Source of the DNA: Candidatus Heimdallarchaeota archaeon
GTDB taxonomy: Archaea > Asgardarchaeota > Heimdallarchaeia > Heimdallarchaeales > Heimdallarchaeaceae
Direction: 5' to 3'
Assembly (NCBI GenBank): GCA_018238545.1
Contig: JABCTC010000022.1
Coordinates: 1 to 62,685 of the forward strand
Length of the DNA stretch: 62,685 nt
Under the pieces are notes generated by a model that was not told the origin of the DNA, ran no database searches, and was given only the letters and a program-made list of their open reading frames with translations. Shown here piece after piece: positions 49,780 to 57,825 of the stretch. A program made the translations under genes and the position numbers. Every line of letters starts with the position of its first letter. The first letter of the stretch is position 1.

Positions 49780-50349
49780 GTGATTAGAATGGTTGATAAG
49801 AAAGTACTAATTGCTTATGGCACAAGATATGGTGCTACTGAAGGTGTAGCAATTAAAATCGCGGAGATTTTTAGGGATAATGATGTTCTTGCTGAAGTGG
49901 TTAATCTCAAAGAGAAATCTGACTTTGACAATTTTGATAATTATGATGGCTTAATCATTGGTTCAAGCATTAAAATTGGTCAATGGACAAGACATGTCAA
50001 AAATTTTGTTCGTAACATGAGGTTGGAAATTCAGAAACTTCCCGGTCCATTTGGTTTCTATGTCTGCTCAGCTTATGCTGCACTTGATGAACAATACGCA
50101 AAAGTCAAAGAAGAATACATTCCTGATAAACTGAAAGAATTTGACGTTTCTATAACATATTATGACGCTTTTGGAGGTATTATCGATTTTTCAGAGACCT
50201 CTAAAATGGGTTGGTTAGAGAAGAAAATAATGAAATTAGCTGGAAACCAAGCTACCGGTGTATCTGTTGAAGCTGAATATACAGACCTTAGAAACTGGGA
50301 TCAGATAGAAAAATTTGCTCTAGGGTTCCTAGATTTAATTAAATCTTAA
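49780..50349 (+). CDS. Flavodoxin-domain protein (HemG-like)
   Basis: YGTRYGATEGVA, YDGLIIGSSI, FGG, DLRNWDQI. Confidence 0.88.
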   Translation: MIRMVDKKVLIAYGTRYGATEGVAIKIAEIFRDNDVLAEVVNLKEKSDFDNFDNYDGLIIGSSIKIGQWTRHVKNFVRNMRLEIQKLPGPFGFYVCSAYAALDEQYAKVKEEYIPDKLKEFDVSITYYDAFGGIIDFSETSKMGWLEKKIMKLAGNQATGVSVEAEYTDLRNWDQIEKFALGFLDLIKS

Positions 50350-50360
50350 CTTCTTTTGGA

Positions 50361-50413
50361 TAGTAAGTACTTACTTACCCAAACTCTTTTAAGTTAGTAA
50401 GTAGTTACTTACT
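50361..50413. promoter_or_regulatory. Twin palindromic operators flanking a TATA box
   Basis: TAGTAAGTA(C/G)TTACTTAC at 50361 and 50395, each palindromic, around TTTTAAG (50387-50393). Confidence 0.75.
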
Positions 50414-50422
50414 TGAACGCAA

Positions 50423-51391
50423 ATGAATGACGAAAAAAATCAAAAAAATATCAGTCAAGAAGAAGTTTTCAAATCATTCCAGAATATCCAGTCTAAAGGG
50501 GCACCTAAAAACGTGGATAAGGATGATGAGAGATATAACCAAATGAAAGACTCATACGAGGTTTCATCTTGGTATGCCAAAGCTAAGCTAAGGAATGACG
50601 AACCCGAAATGGCCGCAGCTCTGGATAAGGTAGAGGCGAGTAATGTCATAGTTGTTCAGGGAGGATACGATAACTGTGAGTTTGTTCTTAGATTAGCTGA
50701 CATTCCTCATGTAGTTATCAATGAACATGCTGCAGAAACAGTAAATTACCGACCTGATCAAACTGTTTTCATCAACTGTCCTGGAGACATACGTGATAAA
50801 GCAATAAGAAAGCTAGTAACTTTCGTTCGTGAAGGAGGGTTATTGATTACTACTGATTGGGCTCTTCAGAATGTTCTGGAGAAAGGATTTCCAGATAAAG
50901 TTAAGTATAATCAAAAGCCTACTGGAGATGAAGTTGTAAGGATAACTGTTAAGGATCCAGATAACCCTATAGTAAAAGGTTTTCTAGAAGCAGATGGAGA
51001 ACCACTTTGGTGGCTAGAAGGTTCTTCTTATCCTATAGAGATACTCGATAAGAAAAATGTCAAAGTTCTTGTTTATTCTAATGAACTTAAGGCAAAATAT
51101 GGCGAGAGTCCTGTAATAGTAGAGTTTGAACATGGAGACGGTAAAGTTATACACATGATTAGTCATTTTTATCTCCAAAGAACTGAGACAAGAGATAAGA
51201 AGGATAAGATGGCTGCATCTACTACTGTCGAGGGTAAATACTATGAAATGGCTCCTGAAGCAATGAAAGAGAAGTTCAAGTCAGTTGATACCGCTTCCTT
51301 CAAGTCATCTCAATCCTCTGTTGATTTCATACAGAAAAATATCGCTGCTCAAAAGATGAAATCCTTGAAGAAGAAGGATAAAACTGAGTAA
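50423..51391 (+). CDS. Uncharacterised class I glutamine-amidotransferase-like fold protein
   Basis: GGYDN, INCPG, FVREGGLLITTDWAL, WWLEGSS, GKVIHMISHF. Confidence 0.65.
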   Translation: MNDEKNQKNISQEEVFKSFQNIQSKGAPKNVDKDDERYNQMKDSYEVSSWYAKAKLRNDEPEMAAALDKVEASNVIVVQGGYDNCEFVLRLADIPHVVINEHAAETVNYRPDQTVFINCPGDIRDKAIRKLVTFVREGGLLITTDWALQNVLEKGFPDKVKYNQKPTGDEVVRITVKDPDNPIVKGFLEADGEPLWWLEGSSYPIEILDKKNVKVLVYSNELKAKYGESPVIVEFEHGDGKVIHMISHFYLQRTETRDKKDKMAASTTVEGKYYEMAPEAMKEKFKSVDTASFKSSQSSVDFIQKNIAAQKMKSLKKKDKTE

Positions 51392-51408
51392 CGGCTTCAG
51401 TGAAGTGA

Positions 51409-51813
51409 TTGTATATGAAAGATGAAAGAAGAAAACGTGTTCCCAAGAAAATCTCCTCTGTTAGCCATCCAACAAGAAAAGCTATTGTAGATGAATTAAA
51501 AGAGAAAAATCAAACTACTTTAGATTTGGAACAATCTCTAAACGAATCTCGATACAATCTCTACCACCATCTAGAAGTTCTAGAGAACCAGGGAATTATT
51601 GAACAACATCGAGACGGAAAGGTGAAAGTTTACAAGTTAAGGAAGGGAGCAACACCAATTGTTCTTGAAGTTGAAGCATTACCTGAAGATAAGCAAGAAA
51701 CATTTAAGCAACTTCTAAACAAAATTCTTATCCTTTGGAAAGAGAAAGAAATCAAAAATATTACTGATATAGATGAGGTTCTAATCGTTCCTATTAAGAA
51801 AGAGAAGAGGTAG
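51409..51813 (+). CDS. ArsR family transcriptional regulator
   Basis: SHPTRKAIV...RYNLYHHLEVLENQGII. Confidence 0.88.
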   Translation: MYMKDERRKRVPKKISSVSHPTRKAIVDELKEKNQTTLDLEQSLNESRYNLYHHLEVLENQGIIEQHRDGKVKVYKLRKGATPIVLEVEALPEDKQETFKQLLNKILILWKEKEIKNITDIDEVLIVPIKKEKR

Positions 51814-51836
51814 TACCCCCTTACTTTTTTCTATTT

Positions 51837-52820
51837 TTAGATGCTAAACATACCTGGTTTTTTAGGAAAAGCTGTACAGTTTCCTATATCTTCATACCCT
51901 AACATGTAACGTGTTAATCTTTCAATGCCTATACCCAGACCAGCGGAAGGTTGTCCGTCTACACTTAACATATCTAGATACCATTTATAGTTCGATATAT
52001 TTTCTTCTGTGCTATGTAATAATTGTTTTATTTTTCTTACGTCTGTTTCTCTTTCACCTCCACTTGATGCCTCACCAAATCCTTCTGGATAAATCAGATC
52101 CATTGTTAGTAAAGTACCTGGTTGTTCCGGATTTTCTTTGTAGTAAAAACCTCTAGATCCAACAGGATAGTCAACAATCCAAAACGGTTCAACCATTTTT
52201 TTGGAGAGTTCTTCCTCAACTTCCCAAGGAATTTCTTCACCATATGAAATTGTATAATCCATGGATTGTGCTATATCGAAAAATTCAGAATATGTAAGAA
52301 CGGGGAAAGGAATTTGAGGAACTATGAAATCTCTCTCTAACTCTTCAAATAGCTGGTTGCAAGCTCTCTTCACTTTTTTAAACAATGTGACCAGGAAGAA
52401 TTCTGTTTTACTCATTACATCGTGAATTGATTTATCTCTCATTTCCAAATCTAACTGATAAAACTCACAGAGGTGCCTTGTACTCTTTTTATTTGATATG
52501 GGTTCTATTCTTACATTGGGGGAAAAAGCATAGATATTATCAAAAGTACGTATCAAGGCTTGTTTATATAAAATAATACTACTCATTACTTTGTATGATT
52601 TACCATAGTAATCAAATGATATTTGTTTAGCTCCCTTAATTCCAGGATCTGTTGCTGGTCCTACAACTGGAGCTAAAAATTCCTTAAAATCTAGAAAATT
52701 TAACGTTTTTCTACTCTCTAATAATATTCTGTGTTGCACTTGAAGTGCTATTTTCACTTCTTTGCTTAATATTTCCAAATATCTTGGTATAACTGGAGTG
52801 TCTATTTCTTGTGTTACCAT
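51837..52820 (-). CDS. asnA: Archaeal asparagine synthetase A (AsnRS2, anticodon-domain-less AspRS/AsnRS paralog)
   Basis: TDPG, SPNVRIE, RHLCEFYQLDLE, GEASSGGERE, SAGLGIGIERL; no N-terminal OB domain. Confidence 0.9.
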   Translation of the reverse strand: MVTQEIDTPVIPRYLEILSKEVKIALQVQHRILLESRKTLNFLDFKEFLAPVVGPATDPGIKGAKQISFDYYGKSYKVMSSIILYKQALIRTFDNIYAFSPNVRIEPISNKKSTRHLCEFYQLDLEMRDKSIHDVMSKTEFFLVTLFKKVKRACNQLFEELERDFIVPQIPFPVLTYSEFFDIAQSMDYTISYGEEIPWEVEEELSKKMVEPFWIVDYPVGSRGFYYKENPEQPGTLLTMDLIYPEGFGEASSGGERETDVRKIKQLLHSTEENISNYKWYLDMLSVDGQPSAGLGIGIERLTRYMLGYEDIGNCTAFPKKPGMFSI

Positions 52821-52866
52821 TTTAAGCCTTCCTTGATATATAGAACAACTGTAAGCATTTTCTTAA

Positions 52867-52898
52867 AACAATTGTGCCAAAAATTTGGGACATATGTT
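52867..52898. promoter_or_regulatory. Imperfect palindrome between divergent asnA and lrp
   Basis: AACAATTGTGCCAAAAATTTGGGACATATGTT. Confidence 0.45.
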
Positions 52899-52923
52899 TA
52901 TTAATGTGTCATGAAATTGCATT

Positions 52924-53403
52924 ATGGTGATACATGTGTTCCAACTAGATGAACGAGATTTTGAAATTCTTACAGAACTGAAAAACAATTCAAAACAAAG
53001 TCTTGGTAAAATAGCTAAGAAATTGGACATCCCTAAATCCTCTGTATATAGAAAAATCACAAAATTAGAAGAAAATGGTCTTATCAGGCACTATTCAATT
53101 CGTATAGATTATCAGAAGCTAGGAAAACCAATTTTAGCATATATTTTAATTTCAATTGAATCAAGCGTATCTGGGAAAACTCAGAAAGAGATAGCTATGG
53201 AAATTGCTCAGTTTCCTGCAATTCACGAAATTCATATCACTACTGGTGATTATGATATGATCGCTAAAGTTAGAGCTAAATCTGTTGAAGATTTAGGAGA
53301 GATTGTGATAAACAAAATAAGAAACGTCAAGGGTGTTGGAAAAACATATTCAATAGTGACATTACAGATTTTGCCAGAAGAGACAAACATTGTTCGAGTA
53401 TAA
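52924..53403 (+). CDS. Lrp/AsnC family regulator
   Basis: LDERDFEIL...IAKKL...RKITKLEENGLI; TGDYD RAM domain. Confidence 0.95.
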   Translation: MVIHVFQLDERDFEILTELKNNSKQSLGKIAKKLDIPKSSVYRKITKLEENGLIRHYSIRIDYQKLGKPILAYILISIESSVSGKTQKEIAMEIAQFPAIHEIHITTGDYDMIAKVRAKSVEDLGEIVINKIRNVKGVGKTYSIVTLQILPEETNIVRV

Positions 53404-53414
53404 TTTCTTTTTAG

Positions 53415-53492
53415 TGGAAAGATAAAGAAATCAAGAATATTACAGATATAGATGAGGTTTTGATCGTACCTACAAAGAAAGAGAAGAAGTAA
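53415..53492 (+). repeat. Diverged duplicate of the last 78 bp of the ArsR gene (51736-51813)
   Basis: 68/78 nt identical; reads WKDKEIKNITDIDEVLIVPTKKEKK*. Confidence 0.92.
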
Positions 53493-53942
53493 TTAGGATA
53501 CTCTTGTTCCTCTTTTTATTGGGCCACTACATTCGGGGCATTCTCTTTCATGGCTTTTAACCTCATATCCACAATAATCACAATAATATATTTTTCCAGT
53601 TTTTGAAGGTCTATATGATGCAGAATATGGAGCTAAAGCGGCAGCAGTTGCGGTGGAAGCTGAGCTTGATATGTTGTGGAATGTTTTGGTAAGTTCCTTT
53701 CTTTTACTCATAATGAAAGAAATCAATAGTATTGGAAAGAAAATGATTATAGACCCTATAAATATCCAAATAAATATCATTCCTGTGAAAAACATATCTA
53801 TGTTATTGGGAATCATTGCAAATGAACGAATAATAAACGATATTCCAGTAGCTATCAAACCGACTTCGATAATTACAAACAAAATTAGAACTATTTTGAA
53901 CCCCTTTCTCTTTTTAGGTTTTTCTTCACTCTGGATAGTCAT
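53493..53942 (-). CDS. 2-TM protein with C-terminal zinc ribbon
   Basis: Two TM segments, CDYCG...CPECS. Confidence 0.75.
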   Translation of the reverse strand: MTIQSEEKPKKRKGFKIVLILFVIIEVGLIATGISFIIRSFAMIPNNIDMFFTGMIFIWIFIGSIIIFFPILLISFIMSKRKELTKTFHNISSSASTATAAALAPYSASYRPSKTGKIYYCDYCGYEVKSHERECPECSGPIKRGTRVS

Positions 53943-54042
53943 CTTGATAGATAAACTGTCTATAACTAATAAACATTGTTGAGATTTCTAAACAGAGAGA
54001 AGTAATCTTTTATTTAGGTTAATTAAGTAAAACTGCAAGTCG

Positions 54043-54612
54043 TTGATTGTTATGTCATCAGAAGAATCAAATGGACCGAGCTCCCTAGATAATAGAATGA
54101 GAAAACATAGAAGAAAATATTCAGAGTTACTTTTAGAACCTAAGAAGATTTGGAGTATTGTAATCCGGTTAGTCACACTTCTAGTGATCTCTGGAGTGCT
54201 ATTAGGTCTGTCATTACCGTTTCTAGAGAATTCTTGGTCTATTTACATAGCAATTTTAGGAGTGGTAATTGGTGTAGTAGGTTTAGTGCAAGTGATATTT
54301 TTGGTAAATTACTCCTCCCGAGATAAGAACGCCTATTTATTAACAAAAGATGGTTTTTACATTACTGATGAAAGAAACGAAGTAATGAAGTACTCGTGGA
54401 AACAAATTTCTGATGTTTCGGTATTTACACCTAGCAGAAGATTTGCTCAACCTTATTGTGTTATCACTACTACAGATGCAAAGATTTCTATCCCGCTCTC
54501 TCACTACACGGAGAAAAATATCGGTCTAAAATCTCCTAAGGTTCTAGCTCAAGCAATCGCAATGTTCTACAAATGGAAATTATTGAATCTGAGAAGAAAA
54601 CTACAAGGGTAA
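54043..54612 (+). CDS. 2-TM membrane protein with possible PH-like C-terminal domain
   Basis: Two TM segments then YLLTKDGF...YSWKQISDV. Confidence 0.6.
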   Translation: MIVMSSEESNGPSSLDNRMRKHRRKYSELLLEPKKIWSIVIRLVTLLVISGVLLGLSLPFLENSWSIYIAILGVVIGVVGLVQVIFLVNYSSRDKNAYLLTKDGFYITDERNEVMKYSWKQISDVSVFTPSRRFAQPYCVITTTDAKISIPLSHYTEKNIGLKSPKVLAQAIAMFYKWKLLNLRRKLQG

Positions 54613-54639
54613 ATTATTCCATTTTTATCCCAGTTTTTA

Positions 54640-55041
54640 CTATTCTTCTTTTTTTTCAAAATCTATGGAGACAGAATTTATGCAATATCGTAATCCTGTC
54701 GGGTAAGGTCCATCATCGAAAACATGTCCCAGGTGTCCTCCACAGTTTTTACACAAAACCTCTGTTCGAACCATATCTTGGGATCTATCTGCTTTTTCTT
54801 CTATATTCGATTCATTAATCGGCGAACTAAAACTAGGCCAACCACAACCTGCATCGAATTTTGTATTAGAATCGTAGAGAACTGTCCCACAGCCGGCACA
54901 CTTGTAAATGCCTTCTTTCTCGTGATCCCAATATTTACCCGTGAAAGGTCTTTCTGTTCCTTTAAGACGGAGAACATTGTATTGTTCTGGAGTAAGTTCT
55001 TTCTTCCATTCTTCTTCTGTTTTTTTCTTCTTATCACTCAT
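54640..55041 (-). CDS. msrB: Peptide-methionine (R)-S-oxide reductase
   Basis: [32 protein letters not shown]. Confidence 0.97.
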   Translation of the reverse strand: MSDKKKKTEEEWKKELTPEQYNVLRLKGTERPFTGKYWDHEKEGIYKCAGCGTVLYDSNTKFDAGCGWPSFSSPINESNIEEKADRSQDMVRTEVLCKNCGGHLGHVFDDGPYPTGLRYCINSVSIDFEKKEE

Positions 55042-55141
55042 TGCGAATTAACATTATCACCGAATCTAATAAAACTAGTTGTATTTCAAAAATCAAAATA
55101 TCGCTTCATAGAATTTTATCCTTTTCCTCTCAAAACTAAGA

Positions 55142-55486
55142 TTAATCTCTAATTTGGATTATAATTTCATGATGTTGACTGATAGCTAATGCGATTTTCT
55201 TTCTTGTTCCATTCAAGTATCTCCAAACTGAGGTTTGTGAAATATTTAATTTTTCTGCTATCTCATTTTGATTTAGGTTTTCTATATCTGATAATTGTAG
55301 TATTTGCAACTCAAAACTAGAAAGCTCAACCGTTCCCTTGTCTACATTTATCTCTCTATTAACGTTAATTGGATAGAAAACAGGTGGTCTTCCCCTTCTT
55401 GGATGTCTTCTCCCCCTTCCACGTCCATATGGTCTCCCTCTACCACGAAAATCATCATCATCAGGAGCAAATCCTCTGCCAGACAT
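55142..55486 (-). CDS. DUF134-like HTH protein with RG-rich N-terminus
   Basis: GRPP, ELQILQLSDIENLNQNEIAEKLNISQTSVWRYL...RKKIALA. Confidence 0.82.
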   Translation of the reverse strand: MSGRGFAPDDDDFRGRGRPYGRGRGRRHPRRGRPPVFYPINVNREINVDKGTVELSSFELQILQLSDIENLNQNEIAEKLNISQTSVWRYLNGTRKKIALAISQHHEIIIQIRD

Positions 55487-55542
55487 ATTTATTACCTTGA
55501 AAAAATTGGTGGGTGGAAATATAAGTATTGTTAATTCCCAAT

Positions 55543-55869
55543 TTATTTTGCTGGTTTATCCAATGATTTCAGCTGCTCAATTTCTTTTTGAAGTGCTTCA
55601 ACTTGCTTTTGAATGAGCGAAATCTCATGATCTATTGCTTCCGGTGTTTCCGGTTTTCCATATGGATCCCACCTAGCTCCTGCTGGTGGTGCTACATAAC
55701 CTGCTCCTTCGTATTCTGGCATAGCCCACCATCCTCTTGGACGATCGGGATAATAATCACAGTACGGACTTGAAAATCTTCTTCCTGGACCCCATCCTGG
55801 ACCGTATCCGGCTCCATAACCTCTGCCTCTCCCATATCTTGCTCCATAATATCTTCTTGCTCTATACAT
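55543..55869 (-). CDS. DUF5320-like G/R/Y-rich protein with C-terminal coiled coil
   Basis: GRGRGYGAGYGPGWGPG, PRGWWA, terminal heptads; co-oriented with the DUF134 gene. Confidence 0.72.
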   Translation of the reverse strand: MYRARRYYGARYGRGRGYGAGYGPGWGPGRRFSSPYCDYYPDRPRGWWAMPEYEGAGYVAPPAGARWDPYGKPETPEAIDHEISLIQKQVEALQKEIEQLKSLDKPAK

Positions 55870-55882
55870 TATTCTTTCACCT

Positions 55883-55954
55883 TAATGAATTATTACTCAT
55901 TATTCTCTATGTTCCGGTAGATATTTAAACCTTTTGTTTTGAATTATAATTCAA
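55883..55954. promoter_or_regulatory. Two related palindromic operators flanking a TATA box
   Basis: Perfect TTGAATTATAATTCAA (55939-55954) and TAATGAATTATTACTCATTA (55883-55902) around TTTAAA (55924-55929). Confidence 0.65.
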
Positions 55955-55979
55955 TATACTTATCATTATATAATGGCAT

Positions 55980-56552
55980 GTGAAAAACTTCAATATGAAT
56001 GATAATGAAGAGAAGATTCAAGGATTTACAAGAGGAAAACATAAGGGGAGAAAAGATTTAGCTGGTGAACACAAGATTACTGATATTGGACAAGTGATTC
56101 TCTTAGTTATCTTTATGGTTGTCTGGGTTATAGATTCATTCTTTCTTAAATTTTCAACATTCTTATCTGACTATATTCCAATCTATGTAACAATTCCACT
56201 TGGGTTTACAATTCTAATCATTTCTGGAGTTTTTGCCTTTACTGGATTAAGAAAAGTTTTCAAAGAAGTAAGAGAGAAACCACAAGCAGTAACTTCTGGA
56301 ACATTTGCTTATTGTCGACATCCAATTTATTTTGGATCAATTTTGCTATTTGTAGGGCTGTCAATTTTGAGCTGGTCATTAACAGCATTTGGTATAAGTG
56401 TGATTGTTATAATATTCTATGAATATGTTGCAACATATGAAGAAAAATTACTCGTAGAACAATTTGGACAAGAATATAGAGATTATCAGAAAAAGGTTCC
56501 AAAATGGATACCTGGGTTGAAATTCTTTCAAAAAACTAAAAGAAAGAATTGA
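55980..56552 (+). CDS. Isoprenylcysteine carboxylmethyltransferase/PEMT family membrane protein
   Basis: TSGTFAYCRHPIY, EEKLL..FGQEY..YQKKVPKWIP. Confidence 0.9.
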   Translation: MKNFNMNDNEEKIQGFTRGKHKGRKDLAGEHKITDIGQVILLVIFMVVWVIDSFFLKFSTFLSDYIPIYVTIPLGFTILIISGVFAFTGLRKVFKEVREKPQAVTSGTFAYCRHPIYFGSILLFVGLSILSWSLTAFGISVIVIIFYEYVATYEEKLLVEQFGQEYRDYQKKVPKWIPGLKFFQKTKRKN

Positions 56553-56607
56553 ACTATACTAAGATCAAGCGAAAAATCTATGGTAAATTCACAACTGTAA
56601 GAAGTTT

Positions 56608-57351
56608 CTAGATTTCCTCTAGTTCCTCCAGATCTCTCTTTACTTTCTTCAATTTTGTTCCGCATTTCTGACATGTTTTTGATGCAGTTAGATTATCCTC
56701 ATTACACTGACTACAGTGATACATTATTGTACTTATTTTCTCTAATTTTTGGGTTTTTGTGGTCTCTTCTTCTTCTCTATGAACATGAATTGTTCTTTTA
56801 GGATTCTTTTTCCTTATTTTTTCAATTATACCTGCTAGGATTCCTAAAACTATGAATGAACCTAAAATTATCCCTATGATAAGAAAAGCATCTATTGGTT
56901 CTCGAAAATCAAAATTAGTAACTTCTTCCTCAAAGTCTATGAACCCTTGTTCATCGGTCAAAAAGACTGTTATAGGATTAGAAGCTGTGATGTTGAAAAC
57001 AAAGTGTATGGTGAAAAACAAAAAAGTATCAGTAGTTATTGGAACATCCCAATAGTAATGGGCTTTCAAATTTTTGCTATCCGAAACATATTCTGGATCG
57101 CCATTGAGAGCGAATATTTCTATTGACACAAATGTATCTTCTCTTTCATACTCACCAGAGACATACCCTGTGTTATCGATAACAAGATGATACTCTCCCT
57201 CTTCTAAGCTGATATCTATTGAAATATCGGTTAACTCTTCTCTAAGTGATGAAATTTCATAATCAAAAGCTTTTAGTGAAACACTGTTGTTAAAAAATAT
57301 TATTAAAAACAATAGAACCGGTATTATCTTTCTGGTATTCACAGAAATCAT
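56608..57351 (-). CDS. Single-pass surface protein with cytoplasmic zinc ribbon
   Basis: Signal peptide, beta-rich ectodomain, TM, CSQC...CQKCG. Confidence 0.7.
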   Translation of the reverse strand: MISVNTRKIIPVLLFLIIFFNNSVSLKAFDYEISSLREELTDISIDISLEEGEYHLVIDNTGYVSGEYEREDTFVSIEIFALNGDPEYVSDSKNLKAHYYWDVPITTDTFLFFTIHFVFNITASNPITVFLTDEQGFIDFEEEVTNFDFREPIDAFLIIGIILGSFIVLGILAGIIEKIRKKNPKRTIHVHREEEETTKTQKLEKISTIMYHCSQCNEDNLTASKTCQKCGTKLKKVKRDLEELEEI

Positions 57352-57399
57352 CAGTACTTTCCAATATTTATATTCTCTTCTTGTTTTTACCAATGTTGT

Positions 57400-57639
57400 C
57401 CATTTAGCATAAGTTTTCTAATCGTTAAATGGAAACAACTAAATTTATGTTTTTAGCTAATTCTTCTAACTGGAATTAGAAACATCAAGAAAACAAATGA
57501 TCTAGAAAAGTTAGTAGATAAGAACATGTCCATTGAAATGGGCTATTTCTTTCTTCGCAACTTTTCTAGCTTCGTGTATGTAAATCCATTTGTTTTGATT
57601 GTTTTCTGCTTCTTTGTTTTGATTTATTTTTTCAGCCAT
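57400..57639 (-). pseudogene. Decayed small membrane-protein gene (2TM-domain-like)
   Basis: AGGTG SD and ATG at 57639, MAEKINQNKEAE...EARKVA then frameshift to EEIAHFNGHVLIY and several stops. Confidence 0.35.
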
Positions 57640-57825
57640 TTTTTGCACCTAAGTATACTATAGGTGGTCACTGGATTTTAACATGGCGAGAAAAAGTGAC
57701 CATTATGTGACCAACCAGAAAAACATTTTTTAGTAAAAATTCGCACGAATTTTACCTTTCCTTTCGTTTCTCAGCAGCTTTAAATAGGATATACGACCTT
57801 TTTACAAGAATAATAAGGTGAGATT

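Noticed and set aside
57665-57713. TGGTCAC/GTGACCA inverted and direct repeats
   Set aside because: Plausible operator, but short, next to a decayed gene, and with no assignable regulator.
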